A DNA stretch of 64,000 nt from Mobula hypostoma (Eukaryota), in assembly GCF_963921235.1 (NCBI RefSeq), contig NC_086097.1:48424001-48488000 (forward strand), given 5' to 3'. The notes beneath the pieces were generated by a model. That model had not been told where the DNA came from. It saw only the letters and a list, made by a program, of their open reading frames with translations, and did no database searches. The position numbers and the translations under genes are program-made. Positions 11,617-24,415 of this stretch are shown piece after piece (within the stretch, counting starts at the first letter, position 1; the number at the start of each line of letters is the position of its first letter).

Positions 11617-13460
11617 AGAATCAGAATGACAATCAGGTTTAATATCATTGGCCTACAATATGTCATGAAATTAATTGTTTTGCAGCAGTAGTACAGTGCA
11701 ATACATAAAAAAACTATAAATTAGAATAAGAACTCTAAATTACAATAATAGTCATAGTCATAGTCATACTTCATTGATCCCGGGGGAAATTGGTTTTCAT
11801 TACAGTTGCACCATAAATAATAAATAGTAATAAAACCATAAATAGTTAAATAGTAATATGTAAATTATGCCAGGAAATTATGAAATAAGTCCAGGACCAG
11901 CCTATTGGCTCAGGGTGTCTGACCCTCCAAGGGAGGAGTTGTAAAGTTTGATGGCCACAGGCAGGAATGACTTCCTATGACGCTCTGTGCTGCATCTCGG
12001 TGGAATGAGTCTCTGGCTGAATGTACTCCTGTGCCCACCCAGTACATTATGTAGTGGATGGGAGACATTGTCCAAGATGGCATGCAACTTGGACAGCATC
12101 CTCTTTTCAGACACCACAGTCAGAGAGTCCAGTTCCATCCCCACAACATCACTGGCCTTACGAATGAGTTTGTTGATTCTGTTGGTGTCTGCTACCCTCA
12201 GCCTGCTGCCCCAGCACACAACAGCAAACATGATAGCACTGGCCACCACAGACTCGTAGAACATCCTCAGTATCATCCGACAGATGTTAAAGGACCTCAG
12301 TCTCCTCAGGAAATAAAGACGGCTCTGACCCTTCTTCTAGACAGCCTCAGTGTTCTTTGACCAGTCCAGTTTATTGTCAATTCGTCACCCCAGGTATCTG
12401 TAATCCTCCACCATGTCCACACTGACCCCTTGGATGGAAACAGGGGTCACCGGTACCTTAGCTCTCCTCAGGTCTACCACCAGCTCCTTAGTCTTTTTCA
12501 CATTAAGCTGCAGATAATTCTGCTCACACCAAGTTTCCTACCGTAGCCCTGTACTCAGCCTCATCTCCCCTGCTGATGCATCCAACTATGGCGGAGTCAT
12601 CAGAAAACTTCTGAAGATGACAAGACTCTGTGCAGTAGTTGAAGTCCGAGATGTAAGTGGTGAAGAGAAGGGGAGGCAAGACAGTTAAATAGGCACTACT
12701 TATTTAACTTATATGTAATAAGCAGTGCTAAAAGAGAGCAAAAATAAAGCGGTTAGTGTTCATGGGTTAGTTCATTGTCCGTTCAGAAATCTGATGGCAG
12801 GGGGAAGCAGCTGTCCCTAAAATGTTCAGTGTGTGTCACTAGGATCTTGGACCTCCTCCCTGATGTTAACTATGAGAAGAGGGCTTGGCCTGAGTGATGG
12901 GCGTCCTTAAGGATGGATGCAGCTTTTTGGAGATCGCCTTTAACGACATTCTTGATGCCGGGAGGCTAGTGCCCATGATGAAGCTGAGTTTGCAACCTTC
13001 TGCAGCTTTTTCTGAATCTGTGGAGTGGCCCCTCCATACAAAGCAGTGTTGCAATCAGTTAGAATGCTCTCCATGGTAAATCTGTAGAGATTTGCTGGAG
13101 TCTTTGGTGATGTACTGTATCTCCTCAAACTCCTGATGAAATATAGCTGCTGTTGTGCCTTCTTTGTAATTGCTTCAATATATTGGGGTCAGGATAGATC
13201 TTCAGAGATGTTGACACTCAGAAACTTGACACTGCTTATCTTTTCCACAGCTGATTCCTTGATGAGGACTGGTTTGTGTGTCCCCAACCTCCCCTTGCTG
13301 AAATGCACTACCAATTCCTTGGTCTTACTGACATTTTGAGTGCAAGTGTGTTGTTGTATCACCACACAACCAGCTGATTTATGTCACCACCTGAGAATCT
13401 GCCAGCAACAGTTGTGTCGCTGGCAAATTTATAGATGGCATTTGAGTTGAGCCTAACATA
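11617..13460 (-). mobile_element. Older Rex1/Babar LINE split by a younger Rex1 copy
   Basis: Tail at about 11617-11745. Body resumes at about 12690-13460 (YRFTMESILTDC, KLQKV). Confidence 0.8.
11750..12685 (-). mobile_element. Younger Rex1/Babar subfamily copy, 5'-truncated
   Basis: (GACTAT)n tail at 11750-11768. ORF 11902-12276 (MFYESVVASAIMFAVVCWG, HPLH, TERHRKSFLPVAIKLYN). Upstream LFTLYTSDF/FSDDS-like RT motifs. Confidence 0.9.
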
Positions 13461-13772
13461 GAAGACACAAAGACCTGTAGGGTTGGTTGAAATAATACTC
13501 CCATAATACTCGAAGGTAGAAAAGTGAAGGGAAATTGTATATCTCTGGCTGAAACATAAATTGCTGACGGGAACACCCTCTTCCTCCTACTTTGTTAACA
13601 TCGCAAGCAACCTCAGCAACACTAGAATCAGAATTCACTATCAGGTTTACTATCTCTGACATGTGTTGTGAAATTTATTGTTTTATGGCAGCAGTACAGT
13701 GCAAGATACAAAAAAATTACTATAAGCTACAAAAAAAAACACCTATTTGAAATCCTATGTCCAAATAATCAG

Positions 13773-14198
13773 TGTTGTTGCATGAATGAAGTCACCGGAT
13801 AAAATTACTGGTAGGTACAAAGCAGCTTCTTTATTCGACAAAACAAGGTACCACAGGCATCATATCAAGACGCTTTTGGTTGAAAGGTCTCACTGGTCCA
13901 ACATGGGGCTCTGTGTTTTATGTGTCAAACATCAAAGGACAACTCCATATTTACAATGTATGGACAATGCTTACTTTGAAACCACATACAGCCTTCACAC
14001 CTCCTGATTCGCACTACACCACAGACATCTAAATGAATTTTAATCAGTATTGTGTGGACTGGGATTCCCAGATTTTAGGAACCCATTGTTCAGAGCTGCA
14101 ATCCAAATTAAATCCACAATGTATTTTCAGATGTGAAGACTGGTCGCCAAAGTTAATTGCTAAATATCTATGTCCTAAACCCAAAATTCACTCTAACA
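13773..14198. mobile_element. Solo LTR (426 bp)
   Basis: Termini TGTT...AACA with a perfect 5-bp TSD atcag at 13768-13772 and 14199-14203. Confidence 0.75.
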
Positions 14199-14252
14199 AT
14201 CAGTAGAATCAATCTTCCACTCCACGTTGCTTCTATGTGTACCAGACCCATA

Positions 14253-14620
14253 GAACTCAGCAGGCCAGGCAGCACCTATGGAAAAGAGTCGACTGTTTAC
14301 TCTTGCACAGATGCTGCCTGACCTGCTGAGTTCCTCCAGCATTTCGTACGTGTTGCTTTGGATTTCCAGAAACTGTACATTTTCTTATGTTTCTCATATA
14401 GAGAATGATACATTGGTGCCTATACTGTGCTTCATGTACAACCAAGTGGCGGATTTAAAAAAATAGCTATGCTTCAGTATTAACCCCAAATCCTTGCCAT
14501 GCAACAATGGATCGCAAACAAGAACTGCCGAAGGGTTTTGGCCTGAAAAGTCGACTGTACTTTTTTCCATAGATGCTGGCCGGCCTGCTGAGTTCCTCCA
14601 GCATTTTGTGTGTGTAACAA
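14253..14620 (+). repeat. Penelope-derived short repeats (one inverted pair, one with decayed hammerhead core)
   Basis: Share gatgctgcctgrcctgctgagttcctccagcatttt with the Penelope 3' region at 24360-24415. Confidence 0.75.
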
Positions 14621-16019
14621 TGGATCTCTAAGGGTTAAGAAACGCACACAGGAAACATGATCTTAACCCGTGGTCAATTCTTAAGGGTGCCTGCTGCAGC
14701 TCTAGTTGCTGCCGTTTCTGGCGTGCAGCTGACTTGCTTGTCACTATGGCTAAGTTCCAGGCAGGAGATGCAGAAGCCTATTAAATTCGGCAGCCCTATG
14801 TACATCAGCCTGCACAGGTTTTTCTCGCATTATGTTCACCACAGTCCATCAGCTTTATTAAGCTTCTGATGTCAACACTACAGATTGGCTTCCTGTGCAT
14901 AGTAAATCTCTCTCTCTAACCACAATTGGCCTCCTGAGCATGAACACCCTCCCTGACCTTGATCCCTATTCCCTGATCAATTCTTTGCCCTGCCTTTTGA
15001 TGATTGTTATCTGGTGACTATAATGGCTCACCCTAAACCACAGTCTCTCTCTCCCAACCACAAATGCTACGCTCCCAGCTCTGTCTTCTTGAACCAAGAC
15101 CCACCTTGGCCTTGAGCTGCCCACTGTGGTAGCCCGTCAAATACGTATTCATGCCAGTTCCTGTCCTTTCTTGAGCTCTCGTTTCTACTCCCACGTACAA
15201 ATACACAGGCAATTTAATACGTTTATTGATTGCATTCTAATAAATTGTAACAAAAACCCATTCAAATAAAAACAGAAACAGAAATGTGTGCTTGGAAACA
15301 CTGTGCATAAATGTAATAAAATTAAGTAATCCTCAATGTTAACTGGCCAGGAAAAAAAACGATAAAAAAAACAAGCCGGGAGAATGAGCAAGAGCTGGCT
15401 ATAAGCTTAAAGAAGATGTCACGGGCCTCAAATAGCTGATAACTGAGGAAAGGTCATGACATGAGCAAACAAAAGGTTACCACTGGCTTTCTAAGTGGAA
15501 TGGTAGGTATGGTGACAAACCTGACATGTAAAAAGTGGTGCATGTCCTTCATTTTTCAGGTGCTAGAGCTGAGCTGTGGGGATCTCTGCTGAAACTCCAT
15601 GCCATGCTTGCTCCCTCCCCCCCCACCACAAAGATTGACGGTCACACAAAGCTGTGTCTTCAGTGACCCTGGCGTGATTCCATAAGCTACAACATGCTCG
15701 GCCACATTTAAATGAAGTGGGGTAGCAAGCTAAGTTGTAGTGCAAGATTTGCTGTCCTGGGGTTTCCATTTGTGCACTTTGCCTGCTGCCCTGGGGATCA
15801 GTGCCCTGCAAGAGATCAGCTTGTGAGCACGGGCTGCGTTTGGAAAGGGGTCAGGAAGATGCGTGACTGCACTGGCAGACGATTCTGTAATGTCTGTGCG
15901 TTGGGAGTAAATTCCTTTATTTTAAATATGCAAATATTAAATGAACAAGAGAACAGATGTACTTTAAAAGAATGATCTCTCTCTGGGTATTCTATTGTTC
16001 CTGTGCTTTTGTCGGTTTA

Positions 16020-16365
16020 AATTTGAGGAGTGCAGCAGGCTTCACCGAGATAATACTTGTCCAGACGACAACTACAGCTAAAGGAAAACCTAACTTATAT
16101 TTTTTGCATTGTGTCTGAATCTACGTGACACTCTCACAGAGATATTCCAGCTGTTAGACCCTGTCTTTACCACCAGGCCCTGTCAGTAGCTGTGAAGGTG
16201 ACAATGTACTGAACTGTTTGGGATCTGAATACTCCCAGGCAGCTTCTTATAACATTAGTCACATTAGGCAGTCAGCAGTTCATTGTGACATTGGCCAAAG
16301 CTGCCCTTTCACAAATTCATCTGAGCTTATACAGACCTACATGGATGCAGAAAAGGAGAGAGAGT

Positions 16366-16405
<40 letters not shown>

Positions 16406-16705
16406 TGAGAGTGAGAGGGAGAGAGAGAGAGAGAGAGGAGAGAGAGGGAGAGAGAGAGTAAGAAAGAGGAATAGAGAGACAGAGATAGGAGACAGAGATA
16501 GATCAACATCTTCTCATTGGAATCCCATAAGCGCAGATGCCACTGATATCATCCACATAGCTATAAAGGCCCTGACTGATAGCTCCATCAACTTCATGCA
16601 AAGGAAGGGATTTCATTCCCTCAATGTCTAGATAGCGAGTGATGTGAGCCACTTCATTATGCTTGTCAGTGCAGGCTCTCTGGGGAATAGGCCTGATACA
16701 TTTGT
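16020..16705 (+). mobile_element. Ancient PIF/Harbinger transposase remnant
   Basis: Translations ALSVAVKVT, SQAASYNISHIRQSAVH and ATDIIHIAIKA...FMQRKGFHSLNV match HARBI1-type motifs (AIDCTHIAIKAP, NRKGFHS.NVQ). Confidence 0.75.
16355..16500. repeat. Imperfect (GA)n microsatellite
   Basis: Directly visible. Confidence 0.95.
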
Positions 16706-17467
16706 TCTCAGGCAATCTAGGATATCTGTGCTATACAGCCATACCAGTCTGACAGAGTGACTGATAGTAGACCCGGGCCATTCTTTTGGAATTTAAGAGT
16801 AGCCCAAAACAGTTTCAATGAGGTATTTGGCATTTCTGAGTTCCTGCCAGAGGTAACATTGGAATTCTTAGGTGCGCTCTTTGTGCCTGGACGGTTAGAA
16901 GCCCTCCAGTTCATCGTGTGTTGGTGCAAGTTTTATAATATAGGAACAGGGATTACTTTATCCTTGCATATTGCAAGGAATATAATCCCAGATAAAGAAA
17001 TCTTATCTCACTGGCTCTCCAGTCAGTTTTAGAGCACCTACCTGGACGAAAGCAAAAAAATGCATCAGGTTGCTGTGCATCGACTACAGCTCAGCATTCA
17101 ACACCATCATCCCCTCAGTACTAATCAACGAGTCTCAAAACCGGGGCCTCTGTACCTCCCTCTGCAACCAGTTCCTCGACTTCCTTACTCAGTCAGTACA
17201 GACTGGTAATAACATCTCCACCTCAATGACAATCAACACAGGCACGCCTCAAGGATGTGCACTTAACCTGTGCTCTACTCTTTCTACACACGTGACTGTG
17301 TGGCTTTGCACAGCTCAAATGCCATCCATAAATTCACTGATGATATGACTGTTGTTAGCAGAACCTCAGATAGCAAAGAGGAGTACAAGAGTGAGATAGG
17401 TCAGCTGGTTGAGCAAAATCCGTGCACTCACCATCAGTATGACTAAGGAATTGATTTTAGACACACT

Positions 17468-17600
17468 CAATCCTGATGAAGGATTTTAGCCTAAAACGTT
17501 AAGCTCTTTATTTCCATCTACCGCTGCGGCACGACTTGCTGAATTCCTCCAGCATTTTGTGTGTGTTGTTCAAGATTTACAGCATCTCCAGAATGTCCTG
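17468..17600 (+). repeat. Penelope-derived short repeat with decayed hammerhead core
   Basis: ctgatga-aggattttagcct-aaaacgtt followed by the family motif gctgaattcctccagcattttgtgtg. Confidence 0.7.
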
Positions 17601-17692
17601 TGTTTACCACACACAGTAGTTCCCATTGAAGTGTCAGCATGGAAGGGTGAGCAGCTTCAAATTCCTGGGCCCAACACACTGATGCTATCATG

Positions 17693-20600
17693 AAGACCAT
17701 GAGATCATAAGATATAGGAGGAGAATTCGTCCACTGAGTCTGGTTTACCATTTTGTCATGGCTAATTTATTATCCCTCTCAACTCCGTTCTCCTTCCTTC
17801 ACCCTGTAACCTTTAACACCCTTACTAATCAAGAACCTATCAACCTCTGCTTTAAATATACCCAATAACTTGGGTCTCTGTGGCATTGATTTACCCTCTG
17901 GCTAAAGTAATTTCTCCTCATCCCCGTTTTAAAGGGATGTTCTTGTATTCTGAGGGTATGCCTTCTGGCTCTAGACTCCTCCACAATAGGAAACATCCTC
18001 TCCACATCCACTCTGTCTCAACTGTCAATATTTGATAGGTTTTATTGAGATCCACTTCCCCCTGCCCCCACATTCTTCTGAACTCCAGTGACTACATCAA
18101 TCAAACGCTCCACATACGTTAACCCATTCATTCCCGGGATCATTCTCATGAACTTCTCTGGACCCTCTACAATTACAGCACATCCATTTTTAGATAAGGG
18201 ACCCAAAACTGTTCACCATATTCCATGTGTGATCTGATTTAAGCCTTATAAAGCCTTAACATTACATCCTTGCTTCTGTAATATGGACCCTCAAAATGAA
18301 TGTGAACATGGCATTTTCTTTCCTTACCACTAATTCAACCTGCAAGTTAACCTTTAGGGAATCCAGCACCAGGGCTCCCATGTCCTCTTGCACCTATGAT
18401 TTCTGAATTTGCTGCCCATTTAGAAAGTAGTCTACATTTTTATTCCTTACCCAAAGTGCCTGACCAAACACTTCCTTACAGTGTATTCCATCTGCCAGTT
18501 CTTTGCCCATTCTCCAGATCTGTCTAGGTCCTTCTGTGGAATCCTTGCTTCCTGAATACTACCTGTCCCTTCACCTGTCTTTGTTTTGTCCGCAAACTTG
18601 GTCTCAAAGACATTAATTCTGTCATCCAAACCGTTGACATATAACGTGAAAAGAAGCAGACCCAAAACTGGTCGCTGCGGAACACCATTCGTCACGGGCA
18701 GGCAACCAGAAAAAGGCCCTCTTAACTCTCACTCTTTGTGTCCTGACAGTCAGCCAATTTTCTATCCATGCTAGTATCTTTCCTGTAATATCACAGGCTC
18801 TTACTTTGTTTAGCAGCCTCATGTGTGGCACCTTGGTAAAAGTCTTCTGAAAATCTCAGTATACAACATCCACTGACTTGCCTTTGTCTATTCTGCCCGT
18901 TATTTCCTCAAAGAATTCCAACAGATTTGTCAGGCAACATTTTCCCTTAAGAAAGCATGCTGACTTTGACCTATTTTATCATTGATCTTTCCAAGGTCAG
19001 GATAATTGGCCTATAATTTCCTGCCTTTTGTCTTCTACCTTCTTAAAAAAAAATGGAGTGACATCTGCAATTTTCCAGTCCTTTGGAATCCTTCTATTAT
19101 CTAGTGATTCTTAAAAGATCATTATTAATACCTCTACAACCTCCTTAGCTATCTCTTTCAGAACACTGGGGTGTAGTCCACCTGGCCTAGGTGATTTATC
19201 GACCTTCAGACCTTTCTGCTTCTCAAACACCTTTTCCTTAGTAATAACAACAACACGCACCACTCATTTCTTCCCCGTGACACTTCTGAATTTCTGGCAT
19301 ATTCCAAGTGTCTTCCAAGTGAAGACTAACACAAAATACTTATTGAGTTTGTCTGCCATTTCTTCGCTCCCCCATTTCTACCTCTCCAACATAATTTTCC
19401 AGTGGTCCAATATCCACATTTGCCTCTCTTTTACTCTTTATATATCTGAAAATCTTTTGATATCCTCTTTTGATATTATTGGCTATCTTAGCTTCACATT
19501 TCATCTCTTCTCTCCTTATTGTTTTTTTAGTTGCCTTCTGTTCATTTTTAAAAGTTTCCCAATCTTCCCAACTTTTGCTATATTGTATGCCCTCTCTTTG
19601 ACTATTATGCTATCTTTGACTTCTCTCTTCAGCTACAATTACTACATCCTCTCCTCAGCATACATCTTCTCATTTGGAATTTATCTATCCTGTGTCTTCT
19701 GAATTGTTACCAGAAGATCCAGCCATTGTTGTTCTGTCACCAAAGCTGATAGTGTCCCCTTCCAATCAGCTTTAGCCAGCTGCTCTCTCATGCCTCTGTA
19801 GTTCCTTTTACTGCACTGTAATATTTATACATATAACTTTAGGTTCTCCCTTTCAATCTGCAGGGTCAATACTATCATATTATGATGGTTCACTGATTCT
19901 TGAGATTTCGGTGAAAACATGTCCCATTAAGAAAAGTGGAAATTCCGTTGAAAATGAATAACATTTTCTTATTTAAAATAATCAGGGTTGATCATCTGAG
20001 GGTCTTTTGCACAAATGCAATATTTTTTCATATGTTTGTTTTTAATTTTATAAATTATATGATTATATGATAGCCCAGTACCCACAAAATCAGTTGTCCT
20101 TAGACAAGAGATTATCATTTCAATTTGACAAAAAGTGTGAAAAAATCATTTAAAATGTATAACATATATGCCAGATGAAAGAGTAGAGTGAAAACCCTCT
20201 TTAAAACTAAAGGCAGTGAATTTTCCACAATATTTACTCCTATTTTGTGGTTGCTCAAAACGTGTACCAAGTTTTTGTCAACACCGTCTATTATAAAAAA
20301 AAAGCAATAAAATCAGGCAACCACATGGTCAACTATATTCCTGAGGACCCCCTTTCCACCCTCCACATCTGCTAAATGCAACAAGGTCAAACAAGCTCCT
20401 GTAAGTTTGCTATTTTTTCAATAATTTATTACATATTTATTGATGTTGCTACTGTCACAACCATGATGTGTCAACACTGTCTCTTTTGTATGGAAAGAAT
20501 TATTTTAAATTATGACATAAATTTATGCATTTTAAGTAGAGGCCAGAGGCAGCTAGCAACAGAGGGAAAACAAAATGGCTCCTGTATACAACTCATGCAT

Positions 20601-23255
20601 GTCATGTAGAAAAGTGGGTTTTTGTCACCACGGTCAGACATCAACACCGTCAGGTTTTCTGTCTGACAGTGGTGACACATAGTTTGAGCGTGTTGACAAA
20701 AACATCCAAATCATCCTCAATGGAGGCTTGAATATAATTTATGATCACAGTAAATAGTAATATGGCTTGTAATGTTTCATTAACCTCTTTATTTCTAATG
20801 TACATAATTTCCCCTTTATTTCTTCCTCACACAAGCCTATAATATTTCCTTACTTACTATAATGTACCCCAGTGACTAAAACCATAAATGAATTTACTTG
20901 CACCATTTCATAATCATTTTATAAAATTTCACCAAATTAAACATAATTAAATTCATAGTAATTTTGCACAATTTCATGGTAATTCCATTAAATTCTGACC
21001 TTCCTTTTATGTATTTTAGGAAGATATGGCTAGGCAGCAGCTATCAGTGGAGGAGCGAAGGAGAAGAAACAGGGAATAACAACAAAAGCAGAGAGAGAAA
21101 ATATATAGTGAGCCAGAGTTAAAGAAGGAATACCTGAGAAAGGAAAAGCAAAGATGGAAGAAAGAGAGTAGAGGATGGGAAGATAAAAACTATCAGTGAT
21201 TTGAATGAAATGGAAAAGAGGAGTAAGAGAAAGGCGTGGAAACGTAGACAGCAAGAGTCAAGAAAGCGTAAGAGAAAGGGCCCAGAAACTCCCTAGATAG
21301 TCCATTGGATCAGACTATACAGGAGCCAGCTCGCAGTAGGCGGTCTATAGCAGGGGAAAGGGAAAGAAAGAAAACAAGAGCAAGAAACTTGAGAGAGATG
21401 AATGCTTTGAAAAATAAACTTCAAGAGATAATAAAAGATAGGAACAAACTGAAAAAGTGTTGGCGACGAGAGTAAACTAGAAAGAAAAAAACACAAGAAT
21501 CACCAAGGTAAAAAACAGAGCAGGTGCTACAGGGAAGCAAAATCTTCCATGAGATGGTTAGGAGAAGCCTTTGCAATACTCAGCTCTATCATATTGTTGA
21601 AGGTGACATGCAGACATATGATGCACGCCTTTCTCAACCACTAAAACCTGTACCAGCAACGAGGAAAATCCATCAAGTCATACCTTACGGAAACAGCATC
21701 CATTGCAGATCATTGTCATGTTTCTGCAGTGAGCCACAGATGTGACACAGTTTCAGCCCTGCAATATTTCAGTTGATTGAAAATACACATGCCAGGGTAC
21801 AGGCTGAGGAGAATCATGGCTCTACCACCATGGGAAAGAACAGAGGACCTTTGGGAATGCTGATGGAGGAAATGGAGCAGGAACCCCAGAGTGGTCCTGA
21901 TGGGACTACGGCAGATATATCTGCTGGTGTCATTAATTGTGGAGATTGGCTTGCAGTCATTTATGACCAAAATTGGTGGTTAGCAAAGGCTGTCACTGTG
22001 GATGCTCATCACCAAGATGTTCAAGTGGAGTTTTTCCACCCTCATGGGCCCAACACACGCTTCCATCCAAAATCAGGTGGAAAGGATATGTGCTTCGTAT
22101 CAGTTGAAGAGATTCTGGTCAAACTGATGGAGCCATCATCACCGGGTCGTGCAAGCAGGATGAGGGAGATCTACCACCTGTCTGAAGTCATGGACTTCAT
22201 AGAGGAGGAGCATATTAATCGTCTACTTCCTGATAAAGCTGACTGAACTTTTTCGAAGATTTTCAAGCTCAGAAATGGATGGAATTTTTTTTAGTTCCTG
22301 ATGTTTTCTGATGTTTATGCTTAAACATTGCAGTTGTACTGTAGTTTTTATTTTGCTGTTTACCATTGTTAATATTTACAGAAGGATAAAATGTACATGA
22401 CAAATTGTTATTTGTTGTACCAAATTGTTAAATAAAGTTGTTAAGCAAGGAAGTATTGACTTGAGTGGTGAAAAGGTTGGAATTGTTTGTTGTAATTAGG
22501 CCACTGCCACCACCGTCAGATGGAACCTTCTTTGTTTTAAATTAATATGCTTACAATCTGTTCATCCAAAACAGTTGATTTATTAAAGTAATTGTCTCTT
22601 TAAAATTAAAAATGTGTTTTTATGTTCAAAATTGTTATTTTGTATATTTAATGCTAATGAAAAAAGTTGCATGATGTAAGAGATTTTAAAGGAGTACATG
22701 TGAAATAGTATAAAAAATGAGCAAAAGTGAATATTCAACATTTAACAGCATATATGTGCACCTATGGTGTAGACACAATGATTTAAAAGCTCTAAATCTA
22801 TATAAGACTAAATAAATAGGAATAATTAGCTTTTTATTGTGTTTGACTGTTTTGACAAAAACTAAGAAATGACAGGAAAAACACATAGTTTATGAAAAAA
22901 TTACAAAATTAGGAGGTTGCACCGAAATATTGCTTGATTATAGATCTTGTTCTATAAACATATGTTTAGATTTCTTAAAATTTAAAATTTTTTCTTTTCA
23001 AAATTAAAACCTGTTTTATCCAAATTCTCAAACATCAGTGAATTCTTTCACCCAAGTTCCTTTACCTGAAGCTCCCTAATCAAATTTGGTTCATTACTTA
23101 ACACCTAATCCAGAATTGCCTTTTACCTGGTGACCTCAATCACAAGCTGCTCTAAAAAGCCATCTCATAGGCATTCTACAAATTCATTCTCTTTGGATCC
23201 AGCACCAACCAGGTTTTTCCAGTGTACGTGCATATTGAAATCCGCCATGACTATT
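17693..23255 (-). mobile_element. Degenerate CR1 LINE (17693-19886 and about 23046-23255) split by a DNA transposon
   Basis: Tail at about 17693. RT motifs in minus ORFs 18447-18831 (VPHMRLL, GVPQ..VLG, KFADKTK). Both flanks align in register with the CR1 at 35590-35820. Confidence 0.85.
19887..23045 (+). mobile_element. About 3.15-kb TIR DNA transposon, Sola2-like (tentative), catalytic core deleted
   Basis: Imperfect TIRs: TTCACTGATTCTTGAGATTTCGGTGAAAACA (19889-19919) vs the reverse complement of 23012-23042, 25/31 identical. Broken ORF 21026-22246 has a basic N-terminus, LKPVPATRKIHQV..LSCFC and a Tudor-like GDWLAVIYDQNWW..VEFFHPHGP domain. Confidence 0.7.
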
Positions 23256-23819
23256 GTAACGTGTAACAGGCATTAGGGTTTTGAGGAGATTTGATATGTC
23301 ACCAATAGTTCTTGCAGATTGATATGGATGTAAGGTGGAGAGCACTCTGACTGTTTGTATCACCACCTGGTAGAGAAGCTCCACTGTGCAGGATTGAAAT
23401 AGTCTCCAGAGGGTTGTAGACTCACCCAGCTTCATAGATATCTTGGGAACAACTTCTTCACCATCAGAAGTCCTAGCAGTCCATGAACACATCAACACTT
23501 CCTCAGGCCTCCTGCACTATATTCCTTTTTGTAATTTATAATCATTTTACTGCCACAAATCAACTAATTTCATGACATACATGTATGTCAGTGATAATAA
23601 TTCTGATTCTGATATAATCCCCATTCTTTGGCATCTAAGAGTGGGAGTCAGTGGCAGTAGAAAATCATTTCTATTCACTTTCACGTATCTGTATGAACGT
23701 CGATGGCCATGTGTAGTCTCCGTGCATGGATTTCTCCACATTGCTTTGATGTTCTCAACCAGGGGCTCATAGTTACAAGGTAAGGGTTCAGGCTTTCAGG
23801 ACTGAGATAAGAAGGGCCC

Positions 23820-24415
23820 AGCATCTTACACTCTGTCCGCCAGAAAATTCAGGATCTCCCGAAGGCCACTCATTTTAATTCCACTTTCCATTCCCATTCT
23901 GATATGTTACTACGTGACCTCCTCTACTATCGCGATGAGGCCAAGCTCAGGTTGGAGGAACAATACTTTATATTCCATTTGGGTAGCCTCCAACCTGATG
24001 GCATGAACATCAATTTCTTGAACTATGGGTAATGCCCCCCACTTCATCATTCCCCATTCCCGTTTCCCTCTCTTACCTTATCTCCTTGCCTGCCCATCGC
24101 CTCCCTCTGGTGCTCCTTCCCTCATTTTCTTTCTTCCATGGCCTTCTGCCCTCTTCTGTTAGATTTCCCCTTCTCCAGCCCTGTATGGCTTTCACCAATC
24201 AACTTCCCAGCTCTTTGCTTCACCATTCCCCCTCCCCCTCCCAGTTTCACCAATCACCTTGTGTTTCTTCCTCCCCTCCCCCTACCTTTTAACTCTACTC
24301 CTCATCTTTTTTTCCTCCAGTCGTGCTGACAGATCTTGGCCTGAAACGTTGACTGTATTCGTTTCCATAGATGCTGCCTGGCCTGCTGAGTTCCTCCAGC
24401 ATTTTGTCTGTGTTG
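23820..24415 (+). mobile_element. Penelope-like element 3' fragment (GIY-YIG C-terminus plus pseudo-LTR)
   Basis: Translation HFNSTFHSHSDM...LRLEEQYFIFHLGSLQPDGMNINF*, then a pyrimidine-rich UTR and a hammerhead-like motif. Confidence 0.85.
24318..24355 (+). ncRNA. Decayed minimal type I hammerhead ribozyme of Penelope
   Basis: Stem I cagtc/gactg intact, GAAACGTT intact, CTGATGA core mutated to GTGCTGA. Confidence 0.55.

Larger units (their letters stand above)
17030..23615 (+). mobile_element. Rex1/Babar LINE in pieces (about 17030-17690 and 23270-23615), hosting Penelope, CR1 and DNA-transposon insertions
   Basis: ORF 17070-17348 ([20 protein letters not shown]). The C-terminal part resumes at about 23270 and ends in a tgattctgat tail near 23610. 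Confidence 0.75.

Noticed and set aside
21773..22246. Stand-alone host Tudor-like gene
   Set aside because: It lies between TIRs and continues a broken upstream frame; best read as a transposase C-terminus.
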